Source of the DNA: Podospora anserina
Lineage: Eukaryota
Direction of reading: 5' to 3'
Assembly: GCA_017654855.1 (NCBI GenBank)
Contig: CM030332.1
Coordinates: 682,001-746,000 of the forward strand
Length of the DNA: 64,000 bases
Below the pieces are notes generated by a model. The model saw nothing but the letters and a program-made list of their open reading frames with translations. It made no database searches and was not told the DNA's origin. Positions 62,127-64,000 of this stretch are shown here, piece after piece; position 1 is the stretch's first letter, and each line of letters begins with the position of its first letter. The translations under genes and the position numbers were made by a program.

Positions 62127-64000
62127 CACTACGGCTACTGCTACACTACTTTTTGTGCTGGTGGTGACTCAGTACTAGCCACAATTATTGGTGCTTGATA
62201 CCTAGGTGACAGCAGCTGCTGCGAGTCCTGGGATTCGGTGACCCGGCATCTGCTTCCGGCATTGTTGACCTAGACAGACTCGAACATAGCCGGCCGCGAC
62301 TCGATCTCAACAAAGCGCTTCGGGCTCATCTTCACCGACCCTTTGAATCCTGTCCTTCTTATCGGTTCCGATAGCTCACCCGCCGACGAGAAACATCCCC
62401 ACTGTTTGATGACGAAGAGAGCAAGTGTCTCAAAATCCGTCCTCAGGATGGCCAGCGGGTCCCTACATGCATCTCACCATCCGCACCTAGTCCTCCCGCC
62501 CTGCACAATCTCACACTATGTACAAGCGCACTTAAGCTAGTGGTTGGTGATGTTGGTAGCCATCGCCATCAACCCACAACCGCTTCCTGCCAGCCTTCGG
62601 TTCGGAAACCAGGTCAGCTTCAATCTCCAGAATTTCCCTCGGTTGCCCCAACGCAACACAACCAGACATATAGTGTAAATCGTGCTGATAAGAGCGTATA
62701 GGTTATGATTTTATGTTTCAATGCCGGAAACTCGCTAGGCTGGATAGGGTAAAGAACCACAAAAAGAAGCAGATCTTCAGCGTTGGGGCGCGGGGCATGT
62801 AACGCGGACCGGAACAGTCAACAAAAGTAACAAACAGTCATGATCGGATCAGAACAAGACGGTCGAGGATTCTGACGGCCAGATCTTGTGATACACCCAC
62901 TTCAGACACCACCCACATAAGGTAGTGTAGAAATATGCCCCTCCTCATCCGTCCTTCCACCCCTCCAATCATCCATCTTGCGCATGAGGTGACTTTGGCG
63001 GGTTGTATGTGCTGCTGCTTTGTAGGAAATCGCGATTTCCGTTCTGAGATTGTGACATGAGGTGACTGACGTTTGATTCTCGTCTTCATTTTCTGACCGG
63101 CAAAATATTGGAGATCGAGGTCTGCACCGTGATTTTTGTACCGTGCAAATGGTGACTTACACGGTGACTGTGTCCCCCAACTTACTGGATCTCTCGAATC
63201 ATGGTCCCGCTCAACAACAGCTACTCTTTCTTCTGATACATCGATTGCCACCAACAACAAGAGAACAAGAGATACAACCTGTGGGATCTCATATTTTGCT
63301 CATCCCATCTCATCCCCATCCCAAGCCAACAACTTCGGAGACAGCTGACCTCTCAGTTTTCGTCTGTCATGCCGCATCAACGCTCATGCAGGCTTGCTGC
63401 ACAGTTTTCCTGCACCTAGGAGGAGAGACAAGCGAGTACCTGCAGTCTCAGTTCAGTTCATGTGTATTCTTCCATTTTCTTTCGTTATCCGGCCCACGAT
63501 TGATTCGACCCTTGCCCCGCACACATGACTTTGATGTCGAAGGTCTCACCATTAGATCAGCAACTGTCGATCTCAAGTCTAGGTTGCCATCGGCCCAGAA
63601 GTGATACATGATTTGTCTTGTCCAATGGATAGAAATATCGCTCAGTTATTTCCCGCGTGAGGGTGGGACAAGTGGTTACGTTTTTTATCGGTCATGGGCA
63701 GCACGCGACCTGAAATCAGAATGCTGGGTGTCTTGAATTGAAGCTAATTCGAGTAGCAGGAAACGTTCAAGGCGCCAGTAATACGGGAGAGGGGGGAGAC
63801 GGGCTGTCGTTGTCTTCTCCTTGGTTGGCATGAAGCGGGGTTCCATATTCACGAGCTTGCCAAAGATTGGGGTTGTGATTTTACTTTTTCACCGCAAAGC
63901 CAAACCTTCTTGACGTTCTTGACGGCCATCACCCTCACAACCTCGTTTTAGTATTCACGAGCTCTTGTTTTCACATCACCTTCTCCTGCCCTTACTTGGT

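Noticed and set aside
62200..63700. Several 65-153-aa ORFs near the right edge
   Set aside because: No recognisable motifs, coding bias or consistent splice structure.
1..64000. CRISPR arrays, rRNA genes, intact transposase/RT genes, Starship captain or meiotic-drive genes
   Set aside because: None recognised by eye; the DNA is eukaryotic, and its repeats are microsatellites or transposon relics.

Overview
This is eukaryotic DNA from a filamentous ascomycete. Short GT-AG introns with CTRAC branch sites, RIP-type AT-rich relics and the gene content point to the Sordariales, probably Podospora-like (inference). Positions 1-32 kb are a dense block of core genes: wc-2 (5' part, running off the left edge and missed by the ORF track), divergent rad50, RBM8A/Y14, a Clr5-domain protein whose first exon the ORF track missed, PPP4R2, SNX4/ATG24, KEX2, a large PhoD-like phosphatase and an unknown protein. 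Positions 32-39.5 kb are gene-poor, with one credible small gene. Then come a GH79 beta-glucuronidase, succinate-semialdehyde dehydrogenase, a membrane protein with a frameshift in a G homopolymer, a PAS hybrid histidine kinase and a Meu6-type PH-domain protein. The last 6 kb is accessory: a heavily RIP-mutated relic carrying two nested solo LTRs of different apparent ages, and a roughly 300-bp inverted-repeat (MITE-like) element. I found no convincing wholly new biological system. The best leads are the nested transposon island, the MITE-like element, the frameshifted gene, possible alternative isoforms and a recurrent C-to-G codon gradient along genes.
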